Part shown: in pieces, positions 1-7,784 of the stretch
Position numbering within the stretch: position 1 is the first letter of the stretch
How the letters are laid out: each line of letters begins with the position of its first letter
Translations under genes and position numbers: made by a program
The notes under the pieces: model-generated
What the model saw: only the letters and a program-made list of their open reading frames with translations
Told to the model about the DNA's origin: nothing
Databases searched by the model: none
From: Prochlorococcus marinus subsp. pastoris str. CCMP1986
GTDB taxonomy: Bacteria > Cyanobacteriota > Cyanobacteriia > PCC-6307 > Cyanobiaceae
Assembly: GCF_000011465.1 (NCBI RefSeq)
Contig: NC_005072.1
Location: 960,001 to 992,000, forward strand
Direction of reading: 5' to 3'
DNA length: 32,000 nucleotides

Positions 1-188
1 CTGTACATAAATATCTAAAATATTATGGAAAGATTTCAGAATTTAAGGAAGCTTATTTGGAAGAAATTTCCAGTCAATTCATGAAAATTAAATATGATGA
101 TAAGTTTGCAATTATAAATTTTAAAAATGAAATCTCAGAAGATGAAATTCATGGCACATTAGTTTCGATGATAAAAGAAATTGAATAA
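1..188 (+). CDS. 3' end of a hypothetical protein; the gene starts upstream of the window
   Basis: The frame starting at base 3 is open from the window edge to TAA at 186-188 (…YLKYYGKISEFKEAYLEE…HGTLVSMIKEIE*). I recognise no family. Confidence 0.4.
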   Translation, partial: VHKYLKYYGKISEFKEAYLEEISSQFMKIKYDDKFAIINFKNEISEDEIHGTLVSMIKEIE

Positions 189-211
189 ATTTCTTGAGCC
201 ATCTTCGTAAA

Positions 212-376
212 AAAAGAACATCTAAGAATTTCTCTCATAGTAATCCGAAATTTTTTTACATTCTTCAAACGTAAGCATACTCAATCTTGAACTTGCATTA
301 CATTTTAAGATTGCACATACAGCCAACAGATCAGAGCTGTCAACATTGAGTGCTTCAGAAAGCTCTATAACTCTAA
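212..376 (-). CDS. 54-aa ORF resembling the IF-2 N-terminal (IF2_N) helical domain
   Basis: Hand translation from a TTG start gives LKGLRVIELSEALNVDSSDLLAVCAILKCNASSRLSMLTFEECKKISDYYERNS*. The pattern matches the IF2_N repeat (I/L-RV-x-ELA-x-xL-x-v-x-s-x-LL..). It is under the track's 60-aa cut-off and has no in-frame ATG. Confidence 0.35.
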
Positions 377-430
377 GACCCTTCAATATTTTTACTTAAA
401 AGAGGATTGATAAAAACATTGTACTTCGAA

Positions 431-676
431 TTAATGTGCAGCATTTTTTCCTAAACCAGCTATAAATGGGAAAGCTTGCTCGTCGCCAAAAATATCTTCA
501 TTAGAAGTTATAGGGATATCGCCTTTATCCTTAATATCACTTTTAACATCACTAGATTTTGATTCCATAGATATATCATTACTTAATTCGCCACCAATTT
601 CATCGGCCAAGCAATTACTAAAACTAAAACAAAAGTAACTAATAAAAACAAATGAAATTAAAATAATGTTTTTCAT
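431..676 (-). CDS. Small secreted acidic hypothetical protein
   Basis: 81-aa ORF with an N-terminal hydrophobic signal-like segment (MKNIILISFVFISYFCFSFSNCLA) followed by an acidic, Ser-rich region. Confidence 0.5.
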   Translation of the reverse strand: MKNIILISFVFISYFCFSFSNCLADEIGGELSNDISMESKSSDVKSDIKDKGDIPITSNEDIFGDEQAFPFIAGLGKNAAH

Positions 677-773
677 AAAAAAACTAATAAAAAAATATTC
701 TCTTACAAAAATAAATTTTTGAAAAAAATTTTTCTTATATTAAAACAATTCTAAATATATAAATTAATACAAA

Positions 774-1010
774 CTATTTATTTAATTTATTTCTATTCTT
801 GAATCTTACCAAGAAATAAATTCCAATCATTATAAGAATAGCCATTGAATATTTAAAAAGGAAAACATAAACGACATAAACTAAGAAAGGGAACAAGCAT
901 GCTCTTTTAAAATTAATTTTTTGAGTTGAGTTCATTTTTTCCCAATTTAAATATTCTCTCCACTGGAATATTTTCTTCATTTTTCTTTCTTTATAATTTC
1001 GATTAAACAT
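774..1010 (-). CDS. Hypothetical membrane protein
   Basis: 78-aa ORF with a basic N-terminus followed by two hydrophobic helices (CLFPFLVYVVYVFLF, MAILIMIGIYFLV). Confidence 0.45.
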   Translation of the reverse strand: MFNRNYKERKMKKIFQWREYLNWEKMNSTQKINFKRACLFPFLVYVVYVFLFKYSMAILIMIGIYFLVRFKNRNKLNK

Positions 1011-1123
1011 AATTTTTAAAATATAATTTTTTATTTTTTTTTATTTTAATTAATAAAAACCAACTTCAATAACTATATTTTTATTATAAATATACACATA
1101 TAAATTTCAAAATTTTAATCTAA

Positions 1124-1537
1124 ATGAAAAAAATTTGGAAAATTGAAAAGTTAGTATTACCACAACATTCAGATCACGCTGGGGTTATGTGGCATGGTAC
1201 ATATTTTGATTGGCTTGAAGAAGGAAGGATCAATGCACTTTCAAAAGCAGGTTTAAATTATGTTGACCTTACAAAAAATGGTTTTGACTTACCTTTAATA
1301 GATACTTCAATAAAATATATATCACCCTTATTTCTTGGAGATACTGTAACAATAGAAACTATATTTGAAATAAGCAAAAGTCCAAAAATAAAAATCCATT
1401 CAAAATTCATTAACAAAAGCAAAACAATTTTGACCATAGCTAAGGTTAATTTGGTTCTAATAAATAAAAAAAGTTTTTCTATTATAAGGAAAAGGCCTGA
1501 TTTCATATCAAAAGCTTTTTTAAAATTAAACGGATAA
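1124..1537 (+). CDS. Hotdog-fold acyl-CoA thioesterase of the 4HBT/YbgC class; the cyanobacterial 1,4-dihydroxy-2-naphthoyl-CoA hydrolase belongs to this class
   Basis: 137 aa. The N-terminal motif …PQHSDHAGVMWHGTYFDWLEEGRINAL…, with the conserved Asp before GV, and a later …GDTVTIE… segment are typical of 4HBT-type thioesterases. Confidence 0.8.
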   Translation: MKKIWKIEKLVLPQHSDHAGVMWHGTYFDWLEEGRINALSKAGLNYVDLTKNGFDLPLIDTSIKYISPLFLGDTVTIETIFEISKSPKIKIHSKFINKSKTILTIAKVNLVLINKKSFSIIRKRPDFISKAFLKLNG

Positions 1538-1591
1538 GATTATAGTTAGCTAATTTATTAATTAATTAGAGTAATTAAATTCTTTTCACTA

Positions 1592-1792
1592 ATGAAGGAT
1601 ATATTTCTTGTCTTGGATTCATATCAATATCAAATGGAATCAAATTATCAGGAAACCTCTTCTCTAACTAATCTTTTTACTGAAAACAAATTTATAGGAT
1701 GGCTAGGTCTTTTTATTGTATTTTTTTCAATCTTTGCAATTATTATTTTTCAGTTTCTTGAATGGGAAAGTAATGACAAAAACAAGGAATAA
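1592..1792 (+). CDS. Small hypothetical membrane protein
   Basis: 66-aa ORF with one clear TM helix (FIGWLGLFIVFFSIFAIIIFQF). Confidence 0.4.
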   Translation: MKDIFLVLDSYQYQMESNYQETSSLTNLFTENKFIGWLGLFIVFFSIFAIIIFQFLEWESNDKNKE

Positions 1793-1831
1793 AAAAGACT
1801 TGAATTATAATAAATATAAACGTTTTATAAA

Positions 1832-2083
1832 ATGGCAATTTACTTAAAAATAACAAATCCGACTGAAGTTGTAAAAAAAAAGACCTCCAAATGGTTAACA
1901 GACTTAACACCAGAAAGAATTGATCGAAAATTAGTTGAAGACGAAGTTATTAAAGGTATTATTGAACAATTAACACTTGAAGGTATTGAAGGCGAAATCT
2001 CAGCAATAAATGGTTTTGATGTAAAAAACTCTACATTAATTACAAAAAATGATTTTATAATCAGAAAAACAAAATCTTTTTAA
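1832..2083 (+). CDS. Hypothetical soluble protein
   Basis: 83-aa ORF with balanced composition and no competing ORF on the other strand. Confidence 0.5.
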   Translation: MAIYLKITNPTEVVKKKTSKWLTDLTPERIDRKLVEDEVIKGIIEQLTLEGIEGEISAINGFDVKNSTLITKNDFIIRKTKSF

Positions 2084-2100
2084 CTAAAAAATAATAAATA

Positions 2101-2973
2101 ATGAATAATATTTTTATTATTTTAGTTTCTTTAATTTTGTTATTTTTGATAACTATATTAAAATCTTTTCTATTAAAAAAAAGAAAAGATAAATTAAATG
2201 ATGCCTTAAATGCAAATTACTTCCTTGAAACGATAAATAGACTTATTGAAGAAAATAAATACAATCTATTGGAGGAAAGAATTAGATTAAAAGTTATTGA
2301 TGCTTATGGCAACGAAGACTTGAAAAAGTGGATTGGTAATCCCCCTCTAGATGAAAAGTTAATTGAGAAAAGCATCAATAATGGTTCAAAAAGGTTAAAA
2401 GAAGGTATTCCATACTTTTGGGAAAAAGTCATTTTAAAAAAATTTTCAGGTACAGACATTTTTTTTGAAAAATGGAAAGCTTATCGCAAGATTAATCCAA
2501 TTATTAATGATGAAATAATTGGTGTGAGTAGAATTTTGGAGAATGAAGACTGGTTTATATTCATAGCTAGCCAAATAGAAAAAACTTGTTTAAATTTAAT
2601 AGAAAATAATACATCGAGGATTAATAATCAAAACTATAAAAAAGGAATTATATTTGAAAATCATTGTATGGAAATTCTCAAAGAGAATGGGTGGAAAGTG
2701 AAAGAAACACCTATTACCGGAGACCAAGGAGTGGATTTGATTGCCTCCATCGATAATTTAAGGATTTGTATTCAATGTAAAAATCATAAAAAAGCAGTAG
2801 GCAACAATGCTGTTCAAGAAATTTCTGCTGGTAAATTATATTGGAAAGGAACTCATGCGGTATTAGTCTCAAAATCTGGTTTTACTAAATCTGCACAAAA
2901 ACTAGCTAGAGCTAATAAAGTGAAACTAATAAATGATTTTGAATTAAAAGATTTAGAAAATTTACTGATATAG
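2101..2973 (+). CDS. Membrane-anchored protein with a C-terminal Mrr-like restriction-endonuclease catalytic domain
   Basis: 290 aa with an N-terminal TM helix (IFIILVSLILLFLITILKSFLL). The C-terminus reads …FENHCMEILKENGWKVKETPITGDQGVDLIAS…ICIQCKNHKKAVGNNAVQEISAGKLYW…AVLVSKSGFTKSAQKLA…VKLINDFELKDL, matching the Mrr_cat layout (D…D-x-I…Q/E-x-K, then …S-x-FT-x-x-A). Confidence 0.8.
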   Translation: MNNIFIILVSLILLFLITILKSFLLKKRKDKLNDALNANYFLETINRLIEENKYNLLEERIRLKVIDAYGNEDLKKWIGNPPLDEKLIEKSINNGSKRLKEGIPYFWEKVILKKFSGTDIFFEKWKAYRKINPIINDEIIGVSRILENEDWFIFIASQIEKTCLNLIENNTSRINNQNYKKGIIFENHCMEILKENGWKVKETPITGDQGVDLIASIDNLRICIQCKNHKKAVGNNAVQEISAGKLYWKGTHAVLVSKSGFTKSAQKLARANKVKLINDFELKDLENLLI

Positions 2974-2978
2974 TTGAA

Positions 2979-3383
2979 TTACATAAATTGGGATATCCCT
3001 TCTTTATATAAAACAAGTGTCGTAAAAATCCCAGAAGCCCATATTAAACCTCTAGCAATAGGAATATTTAAAACATAAGCGCCAATATACAAGAAACGTA
3101 AGAGAGGATGCATCCAAGCTGCTATTAATGAGAGGTTTGAATCAGGCAAAGTAATTAAACAAAGTATGCAAGCTGGAGCATGAATAGAAATGCTTTCCCA
3201 GCAATTCTGATGACACCAAACTGCTCTTTTACCAAAGTCTGGCAATTTATCAAATAATGCTCTTGGTGCAGACATATTCTCCACAGAATAACCAGCTTTG
3301 ATTCTTCCAAGAGTCAAAGGAATTGTCGATAGTAATACAACTACAACAGACAGGCAAAGGCTCCAAGCGAAAACTATTGGCAT
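2979..3383 (-). CDS. MAPEG-family membrane protein
   Basis: 134 aa with about four TM segments. The size and pattern (…GRIKAGYSVENMSAPRALFDKLPDFGKRAVWCHQNCWESI…LRFLYIGAYVLNI…) resemble bacterial MAPEG proteins. Confidence 0.6.
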   Translation of the reverse strand: MPIVFAWSLCLSVVVVLLSTIPLTLGRIKAGYSVENMSAPRALFDKLPDFGKRAVWCHQNCWESISIHAPACILCLITLPDSNLSLIAAWMHPLLRFLYIGAYVLNIPIARGLIWASGIFTTLVLYKEGISQFM

Positions 3384-3497
3384 ATATCTTAAATATTTAA
3401 TTTAGCTTAGTAAATTACTACTTATTAATGCGGAATAATATTTAATATTTAAAAACTAATGTTTTAATTTATATTCATAAGCTATATTAAAATCCTT

Positions 3498-3626
3498 ATG
3501 GACATTTCAAAAATATTAACAATCCTACTTGGTAGTATTTTAATTTATCTAATTTTTTTATTTTTAGGATTTAATTTAAGAAATAAAAATATAAAGGCAC
3601 AAAATCTAACTAAAAAAGACAAATAA
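3498..3626 (+). CDS. Possible 42-aa single-TM microprotein
   Basis: Hand translation gives MDISKILTILLGSILIYLIFLFLGFNLRNKNIKAQNLTKKDK*. It lies in an otherwise empty 370-bp gap and is below the track cut-off. Confidence 0.3.
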   Translation: MDISKILTILLGSILIYLIFLFLGFNLRNKNIKAQNLTKKDK

Positions 3627-3751
3627 TTATTTCCCACTAGAAATTTTTCATTATTTTTTTTTAATCATATTTTATGGAAATAAAAAAGATTATTAATTAT
3701 ATTAAATTGAAGAATTTTTAATAAAAATCTATTCTGTTTTAGCTAAAAATA

Positions 3752-4045
3752 ATGAAAAAGATCTATAAATTTATAAAAAGTTTTTTATTTATATCATTAT
3801 GGCTAATAATCTCTTCTTATTTGCAAAAATATTGGAATACATTTCACTGGGAATATATATACCTTAATTTAAGAACAATTTTTGATAAAGAGTTTTGGTT
3901 CGTTTTGGAAAGATATCTATTTGGACTTGACCTAGGTTATTGGATAGAGGAATTATTAAAATTTTTGTCATATGAAATACCCAAAGAGACCTTTAAATAT
4001 GTGCCAATATTCTTTTTTTTAAAATATATTTGGATTAAAAGATAA
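3752..4045 (+). CDS. Hypothetical membrane protein rich in aromatic residues
   Basis: 97-aa ORF with an N-terminal TM helix and many Trp, Tyr and Phe residues. Confidence 0.45.
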   Translation: MKKIYKFIKSFLFISLWLIISSYLQKYWNTFHWEYIYLNLRTIFDKEFWFVLERYLFGLDLGYWIEELLKFLSYEIPKETFKYVPIFFFLKYIWIKR

Positions 4046-4052
4046 AAATAAT

Positions 4053-4595
4053 TTAGAGAGACGTAATAAATTCTTGAAATCTTTCAAATAAGATATTGTC
4101 TTTAATTCTTCTGAGAATAAATAAAGTTCCTTTATCACCCCTGCAAATTCTAAGATTTTTGCTTAAAAAAGTAATTTCTAACCATCCTTTTTGTTCTTTT
4201 TTAATCTTAGTTAAAGCGTTTATTTTCCTTATTCCAATATAAGGTCCAATTATTCCAGCATGAGTAAAACTAACACCAATTTTCTTTTCATTTAAAGAAC
4301 TCAATTTTGCTACTATTCCTGTTCCAATAATTGAATTAATCCCTCTAGGCTTGAGTAAATTCAAACCATTTAGATTTAACGGATCAAGAATTTGAAGGTT
4401 ATCAACTAGAGGAGAGTAATTTAGAAATGGAGCTTTTGAACTACTCCATCTAAGCTCCCATATTCCTTTTAACTTCTCAACATCATTGCTAAGGGTAAAT
4501 TTTGATTCCTTCTCTAGTTCTTCAGCCATATTTTTAATCTTTTTTGTTTTAGGACTTGAAAGGATTAAGTCCAATAATTGTTGTTCTACATTCAT
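4053..4595 (-). CDS. PAP/fibrillin (plastid-lipid-associated protein) family protein
   Basis: 180 aa. It has the family motifs …LKGIWELRWSSS… near the N-terminus and …GWLEITFLSKNLRICRGDKGTLFILRR near the C-terminus. Confidence 0.7.
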   Translation of the reverse strand: MNVEQQLLDLILSSPKTKKIKNMAEELEKESKFTLSNDVEKLKGIWELRWSSSKAPFLNYSPLVDNLQILDPLNLNGLNLLKPRGINSIIGTGIVAKLSSLNEKKIGVSFTHAGIIGPYIGIRKINALTKIKKEQKGWLEITFLSKNLRICRGDKGTLFILRRIKDNILFERFQEFITSL

Positions 4596-4672
4596 TTAAA
4601 AAGATTTAAAAATAACCTGAGCAAAAATACTTACATTGATATGCTATATTCTACTGAAAATGTTTTGATTCC

Positions 4673-4957
4673 ATGACAAAGAGTTACTGGCTTAAGAAAA
4701 TATCCATACCAAATGCTGAGTTGTTTCTCGAATACATAAGGACAGTCTTGCCATGGATAAGATCTGTAGGTGGGGTTGTGGTAAAAAAAGATATTACTCA
4801 AGATTCCAACTCACACAAGTGGGATGGGGGCCAACTAGGTATAGTAATAGAATTTGAATCTAAGATAGCTGCAAAAAGAGCCTTTTATTCTGATGTATTT
4901 CAAAACTATTTGAAATCTAGAGATTTAATGGAACTAGTGACAATAAGCACTCTTTAG
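4673..4957 (+). CDS. DUF1330-like small protein
   Basis: 94 aa. The pattern …FLEYIRTVLPWIRSVGGVVV…WDGGQLGIVIEFESKIAAKRAFYSDVFQNYLKSR… resembles DUF1330. Confidence 0.6.
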   Translation: MTKSYWLKKISIPNAELFLEYIRTVLPWIRSVGGVVVKKDITQDSNSHKWDGGQLGIVIEFESKIAAKRAFYSDVFQNYLKSRDLMELVTISTL

Positions 4958-5123
4958 TATTAAAAAAATAGATCTCTCACAATAATATCTGCCGACAAAA
5001 ATTAAAAAATTAATTTTCGCAAATTAAGTATTTATTACTAGTAATTATTTTTTGTAATGGTTATAACTTCATTATTTATGAAATATTTAGCAAAATCTAA
5101 GGTAATAATCAAAATTAAATTAA

Positions 5124-5303
5124 ATGAATTACTCCACGGAACAAGAAGACTATTTAATGACAACCCCTTACACCAAAAAAATTCAAAAAAAATTTAAGGA
5201 AGTTAAAAACTTTCTTGAGAAAAATGGATTTAACTCATCTTCTCAAGGACTAATGCAGGATATTATTAGTTCTCAAGAATATATTTCCAAAAATGATTTA
5301 TGA
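5124..5303 (+). CDS. Possible 59-aa hypothetical protein
   Basis: Hand translation gives MNYSTEQEDYLMTTPYTKKIQKKFKEVKNFLEKNGFNSSSQGLMQDIISSQEYISKNDL*. It is one codon short of the track cut-off. Confidence 0.35.
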   Translation: MNYSTEQEDYLMTTPYTKKIQKKFKEVKNFLEKNGFNSSSQGLMQDIISSQEYISKNDL

Positions 5304-5316
5304 AAAAATGTTTTTT

Positions 5317-5487
5317 TCAAAGTGTTTTAAAATAATAAATCCCACCTATTAAGAAAGGTAATAATATCCCTAAGAATAAGAGAAAAGATTTTTTAGATTC
5401 TCCCTGTGTTATTGGAATAATTTCTGGTTCAATTGCGAATCCATTTTGTCTTCCACCGCTTTCTGTTGTATAACCTTTTTTATTCAT
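5317..5487 (-). CDS. Possible 56-aa tail-anchored microprotein
   Basis: Hand translation gives MNKKGYTTESGGRQNGFAIEPEIIPITQGESKKSFLLFLGILLPFLIGGIYYFKTL*, a polar N-terminus followed by a C-terminal TM helix. Confidence 0.4.
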   Translation of the reverse strand: MNKKGYTTESGGRQNGFAIEPEIIPITQGESKKSFLLFLGILLPFLIGGIYYFKTL

Positions 5488-5578
5488 AACTAAAAAATTT
5501 CATACGATTATCGCATGTATATTTTTTTTTATAAAAAATTTTTACATTTAGAAAAATTTTTAAATTTTCTAATAATTA

Positions 5579-5710
5579 TTAGTTAATTTCAATTTTGGAT
5601 TTTAATTTAGCAGCTTTTTTAAGTAAACCAACAATTTCTTTTCTACCATTAGCTTGTTCTGCTCTATTAATTAAATCACTATATCTTTTGGTAATTTCTC
5701 TATAGTTCAT
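5579..5710 (-). CDS. Possible 43-aa helical microprotein
   Basis: Hand translation gives MNYREITKRYSDLINRAEQANGRKEIVGLLKKAAKLKSKIEIN*. Confidence 0.3.
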   Translation of the reverse strand: MNYREITKRYSDLINRAEQANGRKEIVGLLKKAAKLKSKIEIN

Positions 5711-5802
5711 TTAAGTAAATATATTTATTTTATTATAAAAATAGAATTGAAAATTTTTTGTATAAAAGATATCAAAATCCTTTTTAAATTCTCTTAAATT
5801 AT

Positions 5803-6105
5803 TTACCTAAACCAACCTCTCTTTTTAGGCTCTTCTACAACTTTTACTGGTTCTACTTTTTTACCAAATAATCCCTTTTTCTTTGGTTTGACATCCTCAG
5901 TTATAGGTTCTCTTTTTCTACCAAATAATCCTTGCTTCTTAGGTCTATCCTCTAAATCTTTTTTTTGATTTACTTTTTTAACAGGAGATTTGGATTGATT
6001 CTGTATTGGTTTTTTACCATCTGATAAAAGCTGATAGACAAAATATCCAAAAACACCAAAAAATCCTATTGCTTGGACTAAGGCGGTACCGATATTATCA
6101 AACAT
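5803..6105 (-). CDS. N-terminally anchored protein with three tandem basic K-K-x-G-(L/W)-F repeats
   Basis: 100 aa with a TM helix (ALVQAIGFFGVFGYFVYQLL). This is followed by PKKQGLFGRKREP…, KPKKKGLFGKKVEP… and PKKRGWFR*. The repeat is also visible in the DNA (ttaccaaataatcc appears twice). Confidence 0.55.
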   Translation of the reverse strand: MFDNIGTALVQAIGFFGVFGYFVYQLLSDGKKPIQNQSKSPVKKVNQKKDLEDRPKKQGLFGRKREPITEDVKPKKKGLFGKKVEPVKVVEEPKKRGWFR

Positions 6106-6229
6106 TGGCGATTCTAGTTTTTTAATGAAGTAATCTATTAATTATGGAAAAATATTTTTATAAATGCGGAATAAAAGAATTCAGATTTATGAATTAAAAA
6201 TTAAGATATGAAATTTTTTTAAAATAAAA

Positions 6230-6409
6230 CTATTTATAGTAATTAACTAGATCGATTATTAAAATCGTAAGGAGAGAAATTCCCAAGATGTATGGAGCAA
6301 AAGGATATTTATTCAAGATTTGATTTAAATTACTTTTTGAGTCCTTTTTTGCTTCTTTCTTCTCTCTTGGCGGCAATCCTAATTCTTCTCTTCTTTTTGC
6401 TTCTCCCAT
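6230..6409 (-). CDS. Possible 59-aa tail-anchored protein
   Basis: Hand translation gives MGEAKRREELGLPPREKKEAKKDSKSNLNQILNKYPFAPYILGISLLTILIIDLVNYYK*, a charged N-terminus followed by a C-terminal TM helix. Confidence 0.45.
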   Translation of the reverse strand: MGEAKRREELGLPPREKKEAKKDSKSNLNQILNKYPFAPYILGISLLTILIIDLVNYYK

Positions 6410-6540
6410 ATTTTAAGATGTGTACTTTAAAACAAATATAGTACAGATATATATGTTTAAACAATATTTAGATCTTTGCTAAATTAGATTACAAGTTTAA
6501 TTAGAAATTTAGTTAATATATTTCTATAAATAAAAACAAA

Positions 6541-6648
6541 ATGATAGAAATAGTTTGGTCAGTAAATATAATGGTTGCAATTTTAATTGGTGGAGTTGGC
6601 TGGGTCTTATATTATATTTTCACTTACGACCAGAAATATACATCTTAA
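6541..6648 (+). CDS. Possible 35-aa single-TM microprotein
   Basis: Hand translation gives MIEIVWSVNIMVAILIGGVGWVLYYIFTYDQKYTS*. It explains the region that the track's 6587 ORF reads through in another frame. Confidence 0.3.
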   Translation: MIEIVWSVNIMVAILIGGVGWVLYYIFTYDQKYTS

Positions 6649-6655
6649 TATCAAA

Positions 6656-6838
6656 ATGGCTGAAAAAGATTTAGTAAATTTTCTAAAAAAAATAGAGCAA
6701 TTAAACAAGATATCAGAATTAATTAAAAATAATCCTGTAAAAAAGAAAGAGTTGTCGGATTGTAAAAATCATGAAGAAGTAATTTGCTTAACTTCCAAAT
6801 GGGGTTTTGAAATTGGCAAAAGATGGGGAGAATATTAA
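6656..6838 (+). CDS. Stand-alone Nif11-domain protein (60 aa)
   Basis: MAEKDLVNFLKKIEQLNKISELIKNNPVKKKELSDCKNHEEVICLTSKWGFEIGKRWGEY* follows the Nif11 N-terminal-domain pattern (L..FL.K……L…………E.VI.L….GFEI). I moved the start to the internal ATG at 6656 because the 23-codon upstream extension looks non-coding. Confidence 0.65.
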   Translation: MAEKDLVNFLKKIEQLNKISELIKNNPVKKKELSDCKNHEEVICLTSKWGFEIGKRWGEY

Positions 6839-6926
6839 ACAAATTAATATCCAACCAAAAAAAAATCATTTAAGTAGTACCAATACTCATAAAATAAATT
6901 AATATAGAGTTTGTGAAAATTTAATT

Positions 6927-7682
6927 ATGACTGATATTGAGGAGATAAAAAAGAAGATATATCAAATTGCAGCTATTACTGACAGGGGGCAAAGACTGAA
7001 CAAATTAATTGCACCTATGTATCAAGAGAAGTTGAAAGAGATGGGAAACCTTATAGATATTCTTGAAAGTTTTAATACGGAAGTTTCTGAAGAAAAATTA
7101 TCTGGAGAGTGGGAATTAATTTATTCAACAGTTGAATTATTTAGAAGTTCACCGTTCTTTTTAGCTATAGAAAAAGCATTAAATGATGAATTTAAAAGTA
7201 ATCTTTTTTTTAAACTACATCAATTACAAGTAGGATCATTTGGTCTTTCTACCATTGGAAGAATTGCTCAAAATATTGATTTTGATAAAAAAGAATTTTT
7301 ATCAACATTTGATACCACAATATTTGGGCTTACAATAATTCCAATTCTTGGTTGGTTCAAGCTTCTTCCAACTTTTGGAGGAAGAGTAATAACACTTGCT
7401 GATGATTTAATTTTAGAAGATAAGGTACTTAAAATGAATTTGAAGAAAACCAAAGTCTCCAAAGTTGATGGACTTAATAAGATTCCATTGTTTAGCACGC
7501 TATTAATGGAAAGATGGTATCCAGTCAAAGAAGTATGGGAAAAATTGCCTTGGAATAAAGAATCACCTTCTTGCGAAGTATCAGTTATCTATTTAGATGA
7601 AGAGGTAAGAGTAATGAAAGATATTTATGGATCAACTTTTGTTTATATCAGACCAACAATATCCTTACTTAATTCTAAATAA
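6927..7682 (+). CDS. PAP/fibrillin family protein, second paralogue in this window
   Basis: 251 aa. It has …LSGEWELIYSTVELF… and a C-terminal …CEVSVIYLDEEVRVMKDIYGSTFVYIRP. Confidence 0.7.
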   Translation: MTDIEEIKKKIYQIAAITDRGQRLNKLIAPMYQEKLKEMGNLIDILESFNTEVSEEKLSGEWELIYSTVELFRSSPFFLAIEKALNDEFKSNLFFKLHQLQVGSFGLSTIGRIAQNIDFDKKEFLSTFDTTIFGLTIIPILGWFKLLPTFGGRVITLADDLILEDKVLKMNLKKTKVSKVDGLNKIPLFSTLLMERWYPVKEVWEKLPWNKESPSCEVSVIYLDEEVRVMKDIYGSTFVYIRPTISLLNSK

Positions 7683-7784
7683 AAAATCTCTTGTGATTTA
7701 TCTAAGTGTTTATTACTAATAAACCAGAAATAAAAATCAGAATCAAGTAAATCTAATTAAGCGAATGTCGCGGGATTGGAATAA

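Noticed and set aside
1258-1506. 82-aa minus-strand ORF inside the thioesterase gene
   Set aside because: It is antisense to a CDS with a clear family match. It has a low-complexity, Leu/Ile/Phe-rich translation typical of a shadow ORF in AT-rich DNA.
6587-6655. 23-codon N-terminal extension of the Nif11-domain ORF
   Set aside because: The Nif11 domain begins at the internal Met. The extension overlaps a better small TM ORF in another frame.
6656-6838. Possible prochlorosin/lanthipeptide (RiPP) precursor because of the Nif11-like sequence
   Set aside because: It has no double-Gly cleavage motif and no Cys/Ser/Thr-rich core peptide after the domain. No LanM/ProcM-like gene is present in the window.
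6927-6950. UUGAGGAG at the start of the fibrillin gene as a possible Yfr1 target site
   Set aside because: Only about 7 nt are complementary to the Yfr1 motif, which is expected by chance in 32 kb. It is not supportable without a hybridisation-energy calculation.
7268-7528. 86-aa minus-strand ORF inside the second fibrillin gene
   Set aside because: It is a shadow ORF of a CDS with recognisable family motifs.
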